A DNA stretch of 64,000 bases from a virus: the IMG/VR virus record IMGVR_UViG_3300009149_000025, positions 5,825 to 69,824 of that record; one strand, written 5' to 3'. How positions within the stretch are numbered: the stretch's first letter is position 1; each line of letters starts with the position of its first letter. Positions 8,999 through 19,322 of the stretch are shown in pieces. Under the pieces are notes generated by a model. That model did no database searches and had not been told where the DNA came from. It saw only the letters and a list, made by a program, of their open reading frames with translations. A program made the translations under genes and the position numbers.

Positions 8999-9745
8999 TT
9001 AAATTGGTTCGAACCAGTAATTAAAGAAGTAGTAGTCATTATTTTTCAAATAATACTTCTTATCATTTTGTTTCATAATAATATATGGTGTTCCATCTTT
9101 TTCCATATCAACCCCTTTGATTTCAACTATACTACCTTCTTTTAATTTAACAACAGTACCCATATCATTTTTAACACGACAATCTTGTTTCAGGTTGGTA
9201 TATAATTCTTTTTTCGGTCTGAACCAATTATCTAATATGTTTTTCATATAAGCACTTAATTTAAGTCTATATTCATAATCCATATAATTAAATCTACCAT
9301 CTGTAAACATTTCAGATTGTAAAAAAGTTTCAGAGAAAAAATTGAAATTTTTAAATACACCAAAGAATTCTTCATCATTGAAATTAAATGATATAAATAT
9401 ATCTAAATGGAGTGAATCATTTTTAAATATTCTTAAAATTTTATAGTCTGAATAATTTTCAATATCGTCTAAATAATTATCTTGTTTTGATAATTCAATA
9501 GATGTTTGAATATCATTCATAGCTGAATTAGCTATTTGTTTTAATCTTGATATAGAACCACCAGTTCTTGAATAATAATCAACATAAGGGCTAGCTGAAT
9601 CTTGTCCATATATAGATAAATTTGGATCGGTGGCGAATCCATATGCTGGACCAAGTGGGTTTTGTGCTCCTATATCCATTTGATATTGGTTAAATTCAGA
9701 ATATTCTAGAATTAATTTTATATTACTATATTTAAGATTTTTCAT
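8999..9745 (-). CDS. hypothetical phage protein
   Basis: 248 aa ORF; LILEYSEFN near the N-terminus. Confidence 0.6.
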   Translation of the reverse strand: MKNLKYSNIKLILEYSEFNQYQMDIGAQNPLGPAYGFATDPNLSIYGQDSASPYVDYYSRTGGSISRLKQIANSAMNDIQTSIELSKQDNYLDDIENYSDYKILRIFKNDSLHLDIFISFNFNDEEFFGVFKNFNFFSETFLQSEMFTDGRFNYMDYEYRLKLSAYMKNILDNWFRPKKELYTNLKQDCRVKNDMGTVVKLKEGSIVEIKGVDMEKDGTPYIIMKQNDKKYYLKNNDYYFFNYWFEPI

Positions 9746-10631
9746 TTAGAATTAACATATTTAATTTTTCAATAATATTTTCATCATATTTAATTCTATA
9801 TAATTTAATATAATTGTTTTTGCAGTATATATTTTTAATTTGATCTCGTTTTTTTCGTATGTTTAATTTATCGTTATTTTCTTCAAATCTATATTTTCTA
9901 AAATGTTGTTCTCCATCATATTCTATACAACAATTAAAAATTGGTAAATAGAAGTCAAATTTTAATAAAGATTTATATTTACATTTTTTAAATGTTTTTT
10001 GAGTTTCAAAATTTATTTTATTATTTAATAAATAGTTATTTATTTTCTTTTCACCTTTGGATTCATTACATCGTGGACAACCTGAATTTGTGTGACTTTT
10101 TGGTATTTGTTTAAATATTCCATGAATTGGACAAATAATTTCAATTGGAGTTCTACTATTTTTATAATCGATTAAAGAATAATCATATTTATAATTATGA
10201 ATGATATTAGATTTATCTATAAATTTTTTTAGTTGTAGTTTTTGTTTAGAAAGATTAGAACATTCTAAACATCCATTTCCTCTTAAATGTGAATATGGGA
10301 TTTGTTCAAAAATCCCATGTTCTGAACATATTATTTTAATTTTATTAACTCTATTTTTATAGTCGATTAAGGAATAATCATATTTATCACCATGAATTTT
10401 TTTAGACTTTTTAATAAATATATCATTATTCATTTTTTCACAATTTACACATTTAGGACAACCTCTACCATTTAGGTGATTATTTGTAATTTGTTCAAAA
10501 ATACCATGTTCAGGACAAATAATTTTAATTTTATTTCGTGTTCCATTATAAACGACTAAACTATAATCATATTTATTACCATGTATTTTAATAGACTTTT
10601 CAATAAATTCATTTGTGTTGTATTTATCCAT
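9732..10631 (-). CDS. homing endonuclease with three DUF723-like zinc-ribbon repeats and PD-(D/E)XK/Vsr-like domain
   Basis: Three KYDYSL...IIC.xHGIFxQ...GC..C repeats; SKGEKKI, FDFYLP, IEYDGEQHF. Confidence 0.8.
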   Translation of the reverse strand: MDKYNTNEFIEKSIKIHGNKYDYSLVVYNGTRNKIKIICPEHGIFEQITNNHLNGRGCPKCVNCEKMNNDIFIKKSKKIHGDKYDYSLIDYKNRVNKIKIICSEHGIFEQIPYSHLRGNGCLECSNLSKQKLQLKKFIDKSNIIHNYKYDYSLIDYKNSRTPIEIICPIHGIFKQIPKSHTNSGCPRCNESKGEKKINNYLLNNKINFETQKTFKKCKYKSLLKFDFYLPIFNCCIEYDGEQHFRKYRFEENNDKLNIRKKRDQIKNIYCKNNYIKLYRIKYDENIIEKLNMLILNEKS

Positions 10632-10683
10632 ATTTTTGATTCCAATCTTTTTTATATATATTAAAAAATATTAATCAAAAAAT

Positions 10684-10896
10684 ATGTCTAAATTAAAGAA
10701 AACAGTATTAATAGAAAGACTTTCTAAATTAGGAGTAGAATATGATGATAGTATGAGTTATAATGATTTATATAAATTATATAAGATTGTTAATTGGAAT
10801 GACAATAAATTAAACGCTTCATATACGTATATTCCTGGTGAAGGTGAAGAACTATTAATGGATAGACCAAGTACACCAGTTCAAAAATTGATTTAA
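10684..10896 (+). CDS. small protein, possible HeH/LEM-like domain
   Basis: LIERLSKLGVEYDDSMSYNDLYKL. Confidence 0.4.
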   Translation: MSKLKKTVLIERLSKLGVEYDDSMSYNDLYKLYKIVNWNDNKLNASYTYIPGEGEELLMDRPSTPVQKLI

Positions 10897-10957
10897 ATTC
10901 ATTTCCTATATTTTGAATTATAATTTTTAATATATAATAAAAAATATACTATCTAAA

Positions 10958-12805
10958 ATGGATTTAAAAAACATTACAACATTTAACGAATTCAAAGAAT
11001 ACAAAGAAATAGATATTCTATTGGAAGAAGCATTACCAAGAGATTACGCTTCAAATGCAACTAATTTTTCTACAAGTTTATTGGGAAGAGGAGTAAACAC
11101 ATTATTTAAGTTTTTAAATAAGGGTAAAAATTATGCTAAATTATATCTACATAATAAAAGATTTAGAAATGAATTGGCTATGGGTGTATTAAGAACATGG
11201 GAAAAGTTAGAACCAAAAATTAAAGATTGTTCAGAAGAACAAGGTGGTGGAGATGGTCAAGGACAAGGAAATTACCAAGGAGATGGTCAAGGAGATGGTC
11301 AAGGGCAAAATTCAAATGCTGTTTGGTTTCATTATAAAGTCAATCCAAATGCGAAAGTTAAAAATAAACAAAACCCTAATGGTCCACAGGTGATTTCTCC
11401 AAATGCGGGATTAATTTTTTTAGTTGAAAAGAAAATTTTAAAAAAAGATGGTAAAGATAAAACTATTTATCAACCAACTTATAATATTGGGAGAAGTGGG
11501 GGATCGTGGATAGGTGTTGACAATATGACACCGATAACTAATTTGGATATAGTTAAGGCTAATAAAATATTATCAAAAGTATATGATTTTATAAGTAAAA
11601 ATGAAGTAAATGAAGGTATAGTACAGGAAGTTAAAAATGGTATTGAATCTTTGAAAGGTTATAACGATTGTCCAGTTTTCAAAAGAAATAGAGAGTTATT
11701 ATTAAATAAATTAGAAAGAACACCTGAAGATAGTCCTACAAATAATTTGATAGATTTTTTAGAATCTATAGAAGTAAATGAAAGTTATCATTTTTATGGT
11801 GATGTGTTAAATGAACGTAATGATATACCAAGTTTAAGACATAGTAAACAAACTGGATCTAAAGTAAAAAAAATGACAAGGACATCTGGAAGATTCGCCC
11901 CAGTTGAAATATTAGGAGATGCTACCAAATTAGATTGGTCTGTATTTGAAGGTGAAAAACCAAATCAACTATGTGAATATTTTAGTAATCATGTGTGCAT
12001 AGAAGGTGAAGGTGGAAAAATAAAACGTATTGAAGGTAAAGACTTAAAAAAAGACGCAACATCTAATGTTAATATTGATGCTATTATCGCTATACAATAT
12101 TCTATATTATCAGCAATACAACATACTGATAGTACAGATTCTACAAAAATGTTTGCGCAGAAAGGTGGTGGAATATCTGGAAACAATACTACAACAGGAT
12201 TAGATAGAGTTTGGCATCGTATGGTTAGTAAAACTTTGGCTGAATTTAAATGTTTCTTAAATGTAGAAAATTTAAATCCATATGATTTAGCATCTAAAGG
12301 TGAAAATAAAGATACTCGTAAAAATGCTGAAGGAATAGGTAAAAAAATAGATGATGATTTAAAGGGTGCTGAACATAAAAAATTAGTTTACGATGCTATA
12401 CTTAATTCAAAAGCAAAATCTGCACCATTTAAAGATGTACAAGCTGTTTTAGTAGAAAGAAAAATGGATGAAGATAAATATAGATTCTATTACTTTACAC
12501 ATATAGAAAAAGAAGATGAAGACATAGTGGTTAATAAAATCTATAGATTGAATGGAAAAATAGAAACAGTAACTCAAATAACTAAAGCAGTTGATCAAAA
12601 TAAAAAGGTTTATTTCCCAGATGGTGCAAGTAATAGAGATAGAACATATAAAGGATTATCTGAAAGAATGTATCCTGCTTTAGAAAAATTGATAGATGCT
12701 ACTGACGATACAGGATATAATAATAATTTCAACATATCTCATGTATATCATATTTTTGATAAAACTGTAGCATATGATATAGGAAAAATGAAAGTTAATA
12801 TTTAA
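10958..12805 (+). CDS. large hypothetical protein, probable virion/internal protein
   Basis: 615 aa; leader ITTFNEFKE...ILLEE; Gly/Gln linker GGGDGQGQGNYQGDGQGDGQGQ. Confidence 0.6.
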   Translation: MDLKNITTFNEFKEYKEIDILLEEALPRDYASNATNFSTSLLGRGVNTLFKFLNKGKNYAKLYLHNKRFRNELAMGVLRTWEKLEPKIKDCSEEQGGGDGQGQGNYQGDGQGDGQGQNSNAVWFHYKVNPNAKVKNKQNPNGPQVISPNAGLIFLVEKKILKKDGKDKTIYQPTYNIGRSGGSWIGVDNMTPITNLDIVKANKILSKVYDFISKNEVNEGIVQEVKNGIESLKGYNDCPVFKRNRELLLNKLERTPEDSPTNNLIDFLESIEVNESYHFYGDVLNERNDIPSLRHSKQTGSKVKKMTRTSGRFAPVEILGDATKLDWSVFEGEKPNQLCEYFSNHVCIEGEGGKIKRIEGKDLKKDATSNVNIDAIIAIQYSILSAIQHTDSTDSTKMFAQKGGGISGNNTTTGLDRVWHRMVSKTLAEFKCFLNVENLNPYDLASKGENKDTRKNAEGIGKKIDDDLKGAEHKKLVYDAILNSKAKSAPFKDVQAVLVERKMDEDKYRFYYFTHIEKEDEDIVVNKIYRLNGKIETVTQITKAVDQNKKVYFPDGASNRDRTYKGLSERMYPALEKLIDATDDTGYNNNFNISHVYHIFDKTVAYDIGKMKVNI

Positions 12806-12823
12806 AAAAAACAATTAAATAAA

Positions 12824-13018
12824 ATGGTTTTAAGATTTAAAGAATTCCTAAATGAACAAGAAGATAAATCTAAAGAAGAAATTCAAAAATTAGATAAAGA
12901 TGTTAATGATACAACTATTGACCTGAAGAAAAAACAGATAGAAATCAACAATAGAAAAAAGGAATTACAAAAGAAAGAAGAAGAATTCCTAAAGAAAAAG
13001 GAATCTGAAACTAAGTAA
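12824..13018 (+). CDS. small coiled-coil protein with capsid-targeting-like leader
   Basis: MVLRFKEFLNEQE. Confidence 0.6.
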   Translation: MVLRFKEFLNEQEDKSKEEIQKLDKDVNDTTIDLKKKQIEINNRKKELQKKEEEFLKKKESETK

Positions 13019-13080
13019 TATTTAAAAATAAGATCAGAATTTATCTATCTTACTATATAAATAAAAACGGATAATTTTCA

Positions 13081-16000
13081 ATGGCAGTAGATAGAGAATT
13101 TGTAGAAAAATTAGATGCTTTTACCGAAGCATTAGGTGATGTCGTAAAAATCCTTAAATCGGATATAGATAAAAACAATACTGATACTATAGATAAGGCT
13201 ATGGATAGTATGCCTGATAAAATTATTCAAATATCTGAAGATTTAACATCAATTAAGAAAGATATGAAAAGTTTAATATCATCAACAGGTGATATTAAAA
13301 AATCTATTGATGAAATCAAAAAAAGTAAGGAAACTGGGGTTTTTGGTAAAATATCTAATTCAGATAATAAGAAAAAAATTGTAGATGGTATATCTGTTAT
13401 TGGTATGATAGCTGGTGGGGTGTTAGCTATGGGGTTAGCATTTAAGTTGATAGGCAAAGTAGATTTTTTATCTGTAATAGCTTTATCTGCTGGTATGGTA
13501 GCAATGTCATATTCTTTCGTTATGATAACTAAGTCAATGAAAGACAATAAGTTAAAATCTGGAGATATTATGATGACTTCTGCTATTTTACCCATAATGG
13601 CATTGGGGTTATTGGGTTCTGGGATGATAATGTCAAAGATGCCAACAATTGGATTAATGGAAGGTATTTCTATATTGGTTGTATCAATTGCTATGGGTGC
13701 GTCATTGTTTTTTATGACTAAGGCGTTGAAAGAATCTAAAATGAAGGGTAAACACACTTCACAATTTTTATTATTACCAATTATTTTACCAGCTATAGCT
13801 CTTGGTTTGTTGGGTTCTGGGATGATATTATCAAAGATGCCAGTAATTGGATTAATGCAAAGTGTTTCGATATTAGTAGTATCGATAGCTATGGGTGCTT
13901 CGTTGTTTTTTATGTCTAAGGCTTTAAAAGAATCCAAAATGGAAGGTAAACATACATCACAATTTTTGTTATTACCAATAATATTACCAGCGATAGCTTT
14001 GGGTATAGTTGCATCATCATGGGTATTGCAATTAGTAAATGGAAATATAGATTTATTGGATGTTTTAAAAGCATCTTTGGCTGTTGGGATATCTGTGTTG
14101 GTTATGATGCCTACTATTTTATTAATTAATAAGTTCAAAGTAAGTACAAAAGACATTATAAAGGGAGGATTTTCGATACTTACTTTATCTGGTATTGTGG
14201 CATTATCATCTATGGTATTATCAAAAGGTGATTATAGTGGTAATGTACCAGATTATCAATGGAGTTTAAAAGTTGGGTTATCTATGGTGGTATTTGGTGG
14301 TTCAGCAGTTTTACTTGGATTATTATCTAAGAATGCTTTGATACAAGGTATGATAGCTATGGCATTACTTGTTCCTACTATATGGTTAGCTGATTGGATA
14401 ATAAGTAAGGGAGATTATAGTAAATATCCATCTACTGATTGGTCGTTGGGTGTTGGGTTAAGTATGTTGATATTTGGTGCGGCTACTGCGGCTTTAGGTT
14501 TTATTGCGATTAGTGGATTAGGTGCTGGTGCGTTAGCATTAGGTTTAATTGCGGTTATTGGGATAGCTGCATTGATGGTGGAAGTAGATAAATTATTATC
14601 CCCTAGAGGTTGGAATAAATTTCCAAAACTTGATTGGTCAAAAGGTGTGGGTCAAGCGTTATTGGTTTTTGGTACTGCTACTGTGGTTTTAGGTGCATTT
14701 GCACTTGCTACATTTGGATTTGGTGTGTCCGCTGGATTATCCGCTGTTAATGATATTGCTCAAACAATGGTTGATGTTGATAAAAAATTATCAGAAGGTA
14801 ATTGGGGATCATTTCCACCTATGAAGTGGAGTGAATCGGTTGGTTTATCACTTATGAGTTTTACAAAGGCGATTGCTAATAATTCACCTGGTTTGTTGGA
14901 TAAATTTGGGGATTGGTTATTTGGAACAAGTCAAGGTGAAAATCCATTATTATCTGTTGCAAAATCAATGAAATCTGTTGCAGAAGAATTAAATTGGGAA
15001 GGTTGGGCAAATGCTAAGTATCCAGATGTTAAATGGGCAGCTGGCGTCGGTGCGTCGTTAATAGCTTTTTCAGCGATGGAAGTTGGTGCTGGGGTAGGAA
15101 AAGCAATTAGTGGTTTATTGAGTAAAATAGGTGGTGGTTCAGGTAGTCCTTTAGAAGATTTAGCAGGAAGTATGGTAGCTATTGCTAAAAAAATGAATGA
15201 CCCAATTTGGGATAAAGTCAATAAATCTGGTGGATACCCATCGGAAGAATGGGCAACTGGTGTTAGTATGGCATTGGGTGCTTTTTCAAATATAATGAAC
15301 ACATTAGATGATATTGGTGTTGATAATGATGAATTTGGAGAAGAAGCAATTTTGATTATATCTGGATTAAAACGAGTTGCTATTTATATGAATCAAGATT
15401 GGGGAAAACCTAATGACGATATAAATAAATGGGCTGAAGGGTTATATTTAGTTGTTGAAAATCTTGTAAAAACATTGAATTACATAGATGATGCGACATA
15501 CGAAGCAGATGATAGAATAGGTTTAGTTAGTATGTTTAATAGTATGTCATTAGTAAATGAAAAATTAAATGTATCATGGAATGATTTACCAAGTGACTGG
15601 TCTAAAAATTTATTCCCAATAGTTCAGAATCTTGTAAAATCTTTAGATTATATTGACGCGGCAACATACGATGCAGATGATAGAATAGGTTTAGTTAGTA
15701 TGTTTGAAAGTGTAAGATTAGTAAATGAAGAATTAAAGATATCAAAATGGAATAGTTTACCAATTGCTTGGTCTAAAGATATATTTCCAATAGTTAAAAA
15801 TTTAGTAAAATCTTTAGATTTTATTGATATGGCGACTTATGATACATTTGATAGAACAAGTTTAGTTAATTTATTTTCTACTATAAATGATATTAATGAA
15901 ACACTTGGTGAAAATAATAAATGGAACACAATTGATGGTGATTGGTTATCATCAATGAAATTGGTGGTAGACACTATTCTATCTATATCTCCTGAATTAT

Positions 16001-16491
16001 TATCTAATACAAATGATATAGTTAAATCATTTGAAAAATTATCAGAAATAAGTGATGCTTCGGATAATTTTAAAGTGTTGGCTGATTCAATCAAGTACGT
16101 TGCAGAAGCTTTAAAAGATGTTAATACAGATGTATTGGACAATTTATCTAAGTTTTCAGGGAGTATGTTGGTGTTGTCATTGGTTGATGAATCAAAATTA
16201 AACGAATTTATAGATGTTATTGATGATAGAAAAGATGTTTTAAAGGATATAATATCACTTGGTCAAATGGGTGAAGGTGGATATGAAAATATCAAGTCTA
16301 CGACTACACAAATTATTACTAAAACAGATAAAGAAGAACAAAAACAAAGAGAAGAAAAATTTAATGAATTAATAACAGAAATAAAATCATTAAAACAAGT
16401 ATTATTATCAATTGATGGAAATACAGATTTATCTAAAACTATAAATTCACCAAATAGATTAAAAACATTTGTTCCAGATTCATTACAATAA
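13081..16491 (+). CDS. tape-measure-like protein
   Basis: 1136 aa, helical, Ala/Gly/Leu-rich hydrophobic repeats with periodic Trp; 66-aa internal duplication. Confidence 0.55.
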   Translation: MAVDREFVEKLDAFTEALGDVVKILKSDIDKNNTDTIDKAMDSMPDKIIQISEDLTSIKKDMKSLISSTGDIKKSIDEIKKSKETGVFGKISNSDNKKKIVDGISVIGMIAGGVLAMGLAFKLIGKVDFLSVIALSAGMVAMSYSFVMITKSMKDNKLKSGDIMMTSAILPIMALGLLGSGMIMSKMPTIGLMEGISILVVSIAMGASLFFMTKALKESKMKGKHTSQFLLLPIILPAIALGLLGSGMILSKMPVIGLMQSVSILVVSIAMGASLFFMSKALKESKMEGKHTSQFLLLPIILPAIALGIVASSWVLQLVNGNIDLLDVLKASLAVGISVLVMMPTILLINKFKVSTKDIIKGGFSILTLSGIVALSSMVLSKGDYSGNVPDYQWSLKVGLSMVVFGGSAVLLGLLSKNALIQGMIAMALLVPTIWLADWIISKGDYSKYPSTDWSLGVGLSMLIFGAATAALGFIAISGLGAGALALGLIAVIGIAALMVEVDKLLSPRGWNKFPKLDWSKGVGQALLVFGTATVVLGAFALATFGFGVSAGLSAVNDIAQTMVDVDKKLSEGNWGSFPPMKWSESVGLSLMSFTKAIANNSPGLLDKFGDWLFGTSQGENPLLSVAKSMKSVAEELNWEGWANAKYPDVKWAAGVGASLIAFSAMEVGAGVGKAISGLLSKIGGGSGSPLEDLAGSMVAIAKKMNDPIWDKVNKSGGYPSEEWATGVSMALGAFSNIMNTLDDIGVDNDEFGEEAILIISGLKRVAIYMNQDWGKPNDDINKWAEGLYLVVENLVKTLNYIDDATYEADDRIGLVSMFNSMSLVNEKLNVSWNDLPSDWSKNLFPIVQNLVKSLDYIDAATYDADDRIGLVSMFESVRLVNEELKISKWNSLPIAWSKDIFPIVKNLVKSLDFIDMATYDTFDRTSLVNLFSTINDINETLGENNKWNTIDGDWLSSMKLVVDTILSISPELLSNTNDIVKSFEKLSEISDASDNFKVLADSIKYVAEALKDVNTDVLDNLSKFSGSMLVLSLVDESKLNEFIDVIDDRKDVLKDIISLGQMGEGGYENIKSTTTQIITKTDKEEQKQREEKFNELITEIKSLKQVLLSIDGNTDLSKTINSPNRLKTFVPDSLQ

Positions 16492-16551
16492 ATTAGTCAA
16501 TTTATTAAACAAATTTCTAATTCTTGATATATATTAAAAAAAGTATTTTTT

Positions 16552-17043
16552 ATGTTTAAGTCCATATTGAACTATATTAGATATAGGAAGTTAATTGATC
16601 TTAATAGAGAAGAATTAGAAAAAGATTTTGATATTAAAGTAGATAAGATCTATCGTTTAGGAACAAGAGTATCATTACCTGAAAATAAGTATACTGTTTT
16701 AAAGGAATATAAAAATTCCGAATTAGACATTTACAAAAATCTTGACGAAGAAGTTAAAAGAACAATTACTAGATTGGATAGATATTTCATGCAAAAGAAT
16801 CTTGTTGAATATGTTGGAATATTTAATGTAGATAGAGTTGATGTGAATTTGGTAATTGTAATATTATCTTATAGGTTGTTTAATGTGGTTAAAGTGATAA
16901 ATGGTAATAGGATATTTTCTATATTTTCTTTTTTAGGATTATCCATTGGTTTTTGGGATGTGTGGTATATGATTCCATTTGGTGTTATGTTAATTTTATC
17001 ATTATTATTAAATCTCGTATTATTTAAAAAACTTTTCGTATAA
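16552..17043 (+). CDS. membrane protein
   Basis: Two C-terminal hydrophobic segments. Confidence 0.6.
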   Translation: MFKSILNYIRYRKLIDLNREELEKDFDIKVDKIYRLGTRVSLPENKYTVLKEYKNSELDIYKNLDEEVKRTITRLDRYFMQKNLVEYVGIFNVDRVDVNLVIVILSYRLFNVVKVINGNRIFSIFSFLGLSIGFWDVWYMIPFGVMLILSLLLNLVLFKKLFV

Positions 17044-17081
17044 GATATTGTATATAGTATAAATAAATAAAATTAAATAAA

Positions 17082-17510
17082 ATGGCAAAAGAAGATTTTT
17101 TGGAATTAGAAGGAGATATTGTAGAATTTATAAAGGATGTAGAAAAAGATTTTAATCTACCACTTGATATAACATTTAAGTATGTTGCAAATGTTAAACA
17201 GAAACAATTAATCAAATTTACTAAAATTCCTGATATGTATGCTTGTGACACAGCATTAAATTCAGATATTATGGTAGTGGTGAATGATGAATATTATGAT
17301 AATTTTGATGATGAAACAAAAAAGATATTAATTGAAAAGGAATATGATAGAATTGATTTTAATTATGAAAAAGGAACAATTAAAGTCATTAATCCAAAGA
17401 TTAATGTGAATAGTGGATTTGTTGATAAACACACTTGGGAAACAGTATCAGATGCTCTTAAATTAGAAGAAGAGTATGAACAACAAAGAAAAGATAAAGA
17501 AAATAAATAA
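17082..17510 (+). CDS. hypothetical protein, resembling putative phage metallopeptidase family without HExxH
   Basis: DIMVVVN...DDETKKILIEKEYDRI. Confidence 0.4.
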   Translation: MAKEDFLELEGDIVEFIKDVEKDFNLPLDITFKYVANVKQKQLIKFTKIPDMYACDTALNSDIMVVVNDEYYDNFDDETKKILIEKEYDRIDFNYEKGTIKVINPKINVNSGFVDKHTWETVSDALKLEEEYEQQRKDKENK

Positions 17511-17516
17511 AAAACT

Positions 17517-17735
17517 ATGAGTATAGAAATATTGAATGAATATAACAATTACCGACTAGATGAGTTTGTGATGTGTAAGAAAAGTATTGGTAGCTGGAAT
17601 GAAGGTTCTACCTATAAAATTACTGAAATCAAAAAATTGATAAATCGTGAACGACATGTGGAAGTAAGAATTTCATTAGAAGGTGTCTATTGTGGTAATA
17701 TGAATGAAGAATATTTTTATTCACTAAAAAAGTAA
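17517..17735 (+). CDS. hypothetical protein
   Basis: 72 aa ORF within a co-directional run. Confidence 0.5.
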   Translation: MSIEILNEYNNYRLDEFVMCKKSIGSWNEGSTYKITEIKKLINRERHVEVRISLEGVYCGNMNEEYFYSLKK

Positions 17736-17751
17736 AAAATAATAATTAATT

Positions 17752-18621
17752 ATGAATAAAGATGGAATTTCTGCAGAAGAAATGAAAGAATTGGTAATTG
17801 AGGATTCACAAGGCGAATTTGATATTGATAATACAGATTATGAAATTACAACATCTGATGATGTTTTTGATTTTGATTTTGATTCTGATAAAGAATTCGA
17901 TATCGAAACTGCATTCGATTTTGTTAAACATTCTTCTAAACCTAAAGAAACTAAGGAATTAGTAGAAAAAAAGGAAGCTGATAATGTTGTTAAATCAACG
18001 GCAGAAACATTTCTAAGTCCAGAATATGTAGAATTGATGGATAATGGATATGCTAAGTTACTTGCAATTTTGAAAAAATATGAGGTGAATTCAGATTATG
18101 TTAAAAGTATGTCAGAAGCTGATAAAGATAAAATCTATATCATTGCTGAACATCTTTTTAACGAATATCAAAAGAATTTGAATAAAATGGATTTCAATTT
18201 TGAATTAACTCAAGATGAATGGAAATTCATGATAGATGTTCTAAAACATAAATTAGAATATGATCAGAATGAAATTTTTCAAATGGAAGAAGTTAGGAAA
18301 GAATATTTAGATGGAGCAGAAGAAATTCAAAAATCTATGCCGAAAGATGTAGAAGAAATTCCAACTATCATTAATGTTAATAACATAATCATTCTTTACC
18401 ACTTAATTTCTAAGTATAAAGTGAAAGGTATAAATAAACAACATTATGCATTCCTAACACTTTTAACTAAAATTGGTGAAAGAATTAAACTATTTAATGC
18501 TTATACTGTATGGGTTCAACGTTTAAGTGAAGATTTCCAATTATGGGGTGGAAGCTTATCAGTTGATGATAGTGTGGTAAATGGTAGTGTAATTCAACCA
18601 GAAAATCCTACTGATGGATAA
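17752..18621 (+). CDS. hypothetical protein
   Basis: 289 aa; acidic N-terminus. Confidence 0.65.
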   Translation: MNKDGISAEEMKELVIEDSQGEFDIDNTDYEITTSDDVFDFDFDSDKEFDIETAFDFVKHSSKPKETKELVEKKEADNVVKSTAETFLSPEYVELMDNGYAKLLAILKKYEVNSDYVKSMSEADKDKIYIIAEHLFNEYQKNLNKMDFNFELTQDEWKFMIDVLKHKLEYDQNEIFQMEEVRKEYLDGAEEIQKSMPKDVEEIPTIINVNNIIILYHLISKYKVKGINKQHYAFLTLLTKIGERIKLFNAYTVWVQRLSEDFQLWGGSLSVDDSVVNGSVIQPENPTDG

Positions 18622-18809
18622 TGAACAATATTGATTCATATGTTTCAATAATTGATGAATTGAAAAGGGTGTATTGGAACGGAAGAACTCATACACCTTT
18701 TCTTTTACCAATTGAAATGAAAATTTGTGCTCAATCAATTGGATTAGAATTGGTAAGTGTAAAACCAATGAAATCACCTAATTATAAAATAAATTACAAC
18801 TATGGATAA
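18621..18809 (+). CDS. hypothetical protein; C-terminus weakly resembles a gp23-type capsid segment
   Basis: AQSIGLELVSVKPMKSP; start overlaps the previous stop. Confidence 0.45.
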   Translation: MNNIDSYVSIIDELKRVYWNGRTHTPFLLPIEMKICAQSIGLELVSVKPMKSPNYKINYNYG

Positions 18810-19314
18810 TGAAAAAGTAAAAGAAATTCCTTATATGGATAAATCATATAATGAAAAAAGAAAAATTTTAAGAAGACAACATTTTATATCAAAAGATATT
18901 TTTGAATTAACAAACCAAGTGTTATACAAAGTTCTTAAAAAAATTAAACCTAATAAATTTGTAGATTATAAAGAAGTAATAAAACATATACTTGTTGATG
19001 GGTATGTTGCATATGAAAAAATTTACGATGATAATGATAAAGTAATAGCATTAAATCCAATTGATCCGATATCATTGGTATTATCAGTGGAAAAAGATGG
19101 ACAAATTTTGTGGCATCAAAACAAAGGAACACCTTTTGCAAGAATTTTATACGATTCACAGGTATTGTATGTTAAATCTGGATTAGAATCGTATACATCT
19201 TTAGTCGAATTATGTTATATAAAAATGATAGATAAGGATAGTAAATATTCTTTGAAATATTGTGTAGATAGTGTGGTTGATTCTTATAATGAAAGTTTTT
19301 TAAAAATAAAATAA
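18802..19314 (+). CDS. truncated portal-protein (T4 gp20-like) paralog
   Basis: HILVDGYVAYEKIYD...IALNPIDPISL...WHQ...RILYDSQVLYV resembles the gp20 segment WYVDGRIFFHKIID...LRxLDP; only 170 aa. Confidence 0.55.
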   Translation: MDNEKVKEIPYMDKSYNEKRKILRRQHFISKDIFELTNQVLYKVLKKIKPNKFVDYKEVIKHILVDGYVAYEKIYDDNDKVIALNPIDPISLVLSVEKDGQILWHQNKGTPFARILYDSQVLYVKSGLESYTSLVELCYIKMIDKDSKYSLKYCVDSVVDSYNESFLKIK

Positions 19315-19322
19315 AATAAAAT

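Noticed and set aside
11240-11310. GGAGATGGTCAAGG repeats
   Set aside because: In-frame low-complexity Gly/Gln/Asp linker within 10958..12805, not an array.
13227-16142. Long antisense ORFs (13227..14156, 14931..15302, 15837..16142)
   Set aside because: They are shadows of the hydrophobic, repetitive sense gene; they have non-ATG or arbitrary starts and no motifs.
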